Positions 61,101 through 64,000 of a DNA stretch of 64,000 nucleotides are shown here, piece by piece; position 1 is the first letter of the stretch, and every line of letters begins with the position of its first letter. The stretch is from Gordius albopunctatus (taxonomy: Eukaryota), in assembly GCA_964276515.1 (NCBI GenBank), contig OZ193910.1, positions 3,906,001 through 3,970,000 of the forward strand. The letters are read 5' to 3'. The notes beneath the pieces are model-generated. The model was not told where the DNA came from. It worked only from the letters and a program-made list of their open reading frames with translations, and made no database searches. The position numbers and the translations under genes are program-made.

Positions 61101-63919
61101 TGTTTAAAAACTTATGTTATTATTATAATTTTAATAAGCCTTACATTAAAATTATTCAATAATTTCCTCCAATTTTTAGCAATAACATATTTTAGTTAAT
61201 TAATCTAATAATTTATGGAAAGAATTATTATTTTATACAAAACTTGGTACATTATCGAATAACATTTAAAAACCTGTCAATTTCGGCCTGTCCTTATCTT
61301 CGTGACAGACTGTTAGAAATATCTTCTCCCGTCTGCCTGGTACTATAGCCCCTGGGGGAATCAATAACGATACTCCTAATTAAAACAAAATAAATTTCAA
61401 ATTGTATTTTATTAAAACTATATATAATACACATTAAAATTATTTATAATTTTTTTATAAAAACTACCTGAATTATTGAGAATTAATTTTCCACCTTCAT
61501 ACCCAATTTCAGCGATTGTCATCGAGTTATTTGTGGGTTTGTTGATTGCAAGGAAAGCTTTATGTGGCAATAATGAGAGTTCATCCTTGATTTGATCGTG
61601 ATCTAGAGTTTCGACGGCTTGCTTCGTACATAACCTTACATCATCCTCCTTATTAAACACGTTATAGATTTATTGCGAAATTTGTGTAAAAAAGTAGAAT
61701 ATCGGTGGAAGAAAAACAGATTATAAATCACTGGAGGTCAAGCTCAATTCGGATGGTATTGAAAAAATTTATTATTCAGCATGGGCGTAGATAGCATTGG
61801 AATCAGAGGGGGCGATAATAATTTTGGGAGGGGTAAAACGAACATTTTTTGATATTTTAGCCATATTTTATTATATTTCACCAAATTTTTGGATTTAGAG
61901 GGGGGCAGCCGCCCCTACCTGCCCCCCCCCTCCCTTGGCTAAGCCCATGAATATTGATATAAAAGCAGCAAATTTTACGTGTTGTCGTGACGGGGGCAGT
62001 ATGCAGGTGTCATAATGTGATGATTCCATAATACTATCCCCGGCAAAAGTCATGTACACGGGGCCGAGTTGGGATTGCTGAACTAATTTGTGGCCAGGCC
62101 GGCCGCATAAACAAGGCAAAATTCTTTGTGTAGCTTGTGGAGGTGACACAGGACATGGCGTTAGGTATGAAGAAGTCATTTGACGGGGAGCTTGTGAATG
62201 ATGGTTGTGACAATTTGCGGGTAATCCATTAGGATCTTCGATTACAGAACAATTGTGACAATTCTGTCATTCAAAATTGATATTTATTAATTTTGATGTA
62301 AATATAATGAAAAATGGAAATGGTGACAACGATTTTGATAAGTTGATTGTGTTCTTTAAAAAGCTTCGCAAAGGAGTAAGTGGAAATTTTTAAAAAACTG
62401 CCTTATAGGCACAAATATAAAGAGGGTTCCTGGTTGTAAAAAATACCATCCTTTAAGAATTGTCCAGGGCTTTTAAAAATTGTAAAAACCTAATGATTGA
62501 GAGCTTATGTATATTTCAAAGTTCGTAATCGGAACTGAACAATCTACAGAGGGGGAGTTGTCACTATCAATTTATTTATTTTTATTAAAAACTATTGGCT
62601 GTGCTACTTCTTGGTGGACAAAGTTATATTAGTTAAATTTGAGAAAGGCCTTTTTTATTAAAAATAAGAACTGCAATTTCTGCCTCGGGTGGCCATTATG
62701 TTTTATTATAGATTTGATAAAATAACCAAATTTAAAACATAAAAAACGCATTACTTTTTTCGAAATTGAGTTTTCATTGATCAGATCACGCCTGTTCCTA
62801 GCTGGACTACGACCCATGCGAGGTGAGTTTCTGGCTGGAGCCAATAAATCAGCCGGACAACAATACTCATGCTCCAAGGCACCCGGGTTGCCGTATACCA
62901 CGGCGTTGGGCGTAACGTATGATTGACGTGGGTGAGAAGATTGATTGGCGTGTGGTAAAATTTTATTGACGGGTGGTAGTCTATGGCCGGAGGCGTAAGA
63001 TGAAGATCCAATTCCCGATTCTAGCGAGTCCGTCTCCTTCCGTATCGAATCGTACTCGTACCGAGGAAACTTTGCCTTAGCGCCGTCCAATTTTCGAGAA
63101 GGGGCAATTGAACTGGCCACTACCTCCTTGTTGTTATAGGCGTTGCAGAGAAAGGGCAATTTTTTGATTCCATCCAACCCCAGTAAGAGGCTCGCTCCGT
63201 TTAGGTAAGGGCTAAATGTATCTAAATCAAGACGACAAAATTTATTTAGTAAAGTTCGTAGGCGTAGCTAAATCCAAAATTTTTCCAAAATTTCATATGA
63301 ATATGGTTAAAATTACGTAAAATTATCATTTAGCCCCTCCCTAATTAATTATTGCTCCCCTCTAAATCCAATCCAAAACAATAATTCGCAAAGTTTTTGA
63401 GCCATAGATCGTTCCTCAAACATCTAAATTTATTAAGTTAGGGAAACTATGGAAAATCAAAGAAAGTCATCGTATGGGCTAACAATTTCTAGTTAAGTCT
63501 GTAAGCATAGGCTTAGCCTGGGAACGGTTGCGAAGGTCACCTGACGCATCCCAAATCCTAAAATTCTTATGAATATAATTATGATAATCTATGCAATCTC
63601 TACTATTTCCTGCATTCTCACCAAACTTCAGGAACCATCTCTCTGTCCCATAATTTATTCCAATTTAGGCCGCCACGTTTATTGTAATTTTAATTATTAA
63701 TATAAGTACAAAAGGTTTCGACTTAAAATATGGTTTAATTACTTGTAGCTTCATATTCCAAATTTCTGCGATGATTGCCGCTTCGCTTGTTTTTCCGCAC
63801 GAAAAAGAAGATGAGGAGAATTGACAAGAAAACAAGGGCACAAAAAGCGCATAGCCCAGTGTACAGAGCTATTTTGCCCAAATCGTGACGGGTTGAGGAC
63901 TCAACTACGGACGGTGAGC
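58123..63919 (-). CDS. unc-5: Netrin receptor UNC-5, 3' part (TM, ZU5, UPA, Death domain); 5' exons lie beyond the window
   Basis: 12 phase-compatible exons: 63919-63743, 63221-62755, 62263-61979, 61648-61468, 61375-61274, 60856-60687, 60274-60002, 59806-59660, 59482-59294, 59185-59073, 58985-58884, 58339-58123; motifs GGKLILNNSGVSLLIPPGAI, QTLLSPLIFCGPAG, LRVYCIE, EIPFVHLWSG..HCSF, GNDWRLLAQHL, YFATKQSPT..LLTLWEA. Confidence 0.95.
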
Positions 63920-64000
63920 CTAAAATAGTTGAAACAAACATTGAAATAAATATATAAATTTTAATCATTTTAAGTAATTAAATTTTGCGCACAAAAAAAC

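Overview
AT-rich animal (invertebrate) genomic DNA, not prokaryotic. About two thirds of the window is transposon-derived and often nested, and three spliced host genes on the minus strand run through it. Host genes: the 3' half of unc-5 (TM-ZU5-UPA-Death, 58123->63919); a small predicted secreted VWA-like protein (11202-21614); and a predicted secreted protein I cannot assign to a family (41937-50593). Retroelements: an intact, very young Ty3/Gypsy (Mag-like) element (4385-8791) inside an older Gypsy element, which itself abuts a pogo/Tigger transposase; a second copy of the older family (25252-29278); a decayed Gypsy inside a Helitron-bounded segment (32878-38773); three CRE-like RLE non-LTR fragments; a solo LTR; a tRNA-derived SINE; and a full-length decayed RTE LINE (42222-45272). 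DNA transposons: a piggyBac with a CTAA target duplication and many hAT MITEs with 8-bp TSDs. The most notable non-ORF signal is a well-formed twister self-cleaving ribozyme at the 5' end of the RTE element (42216-42272), whose P1 5' strand and cleavage site overlap the target-site duplication. All alignments, translations and mismatch counts were done by eye.
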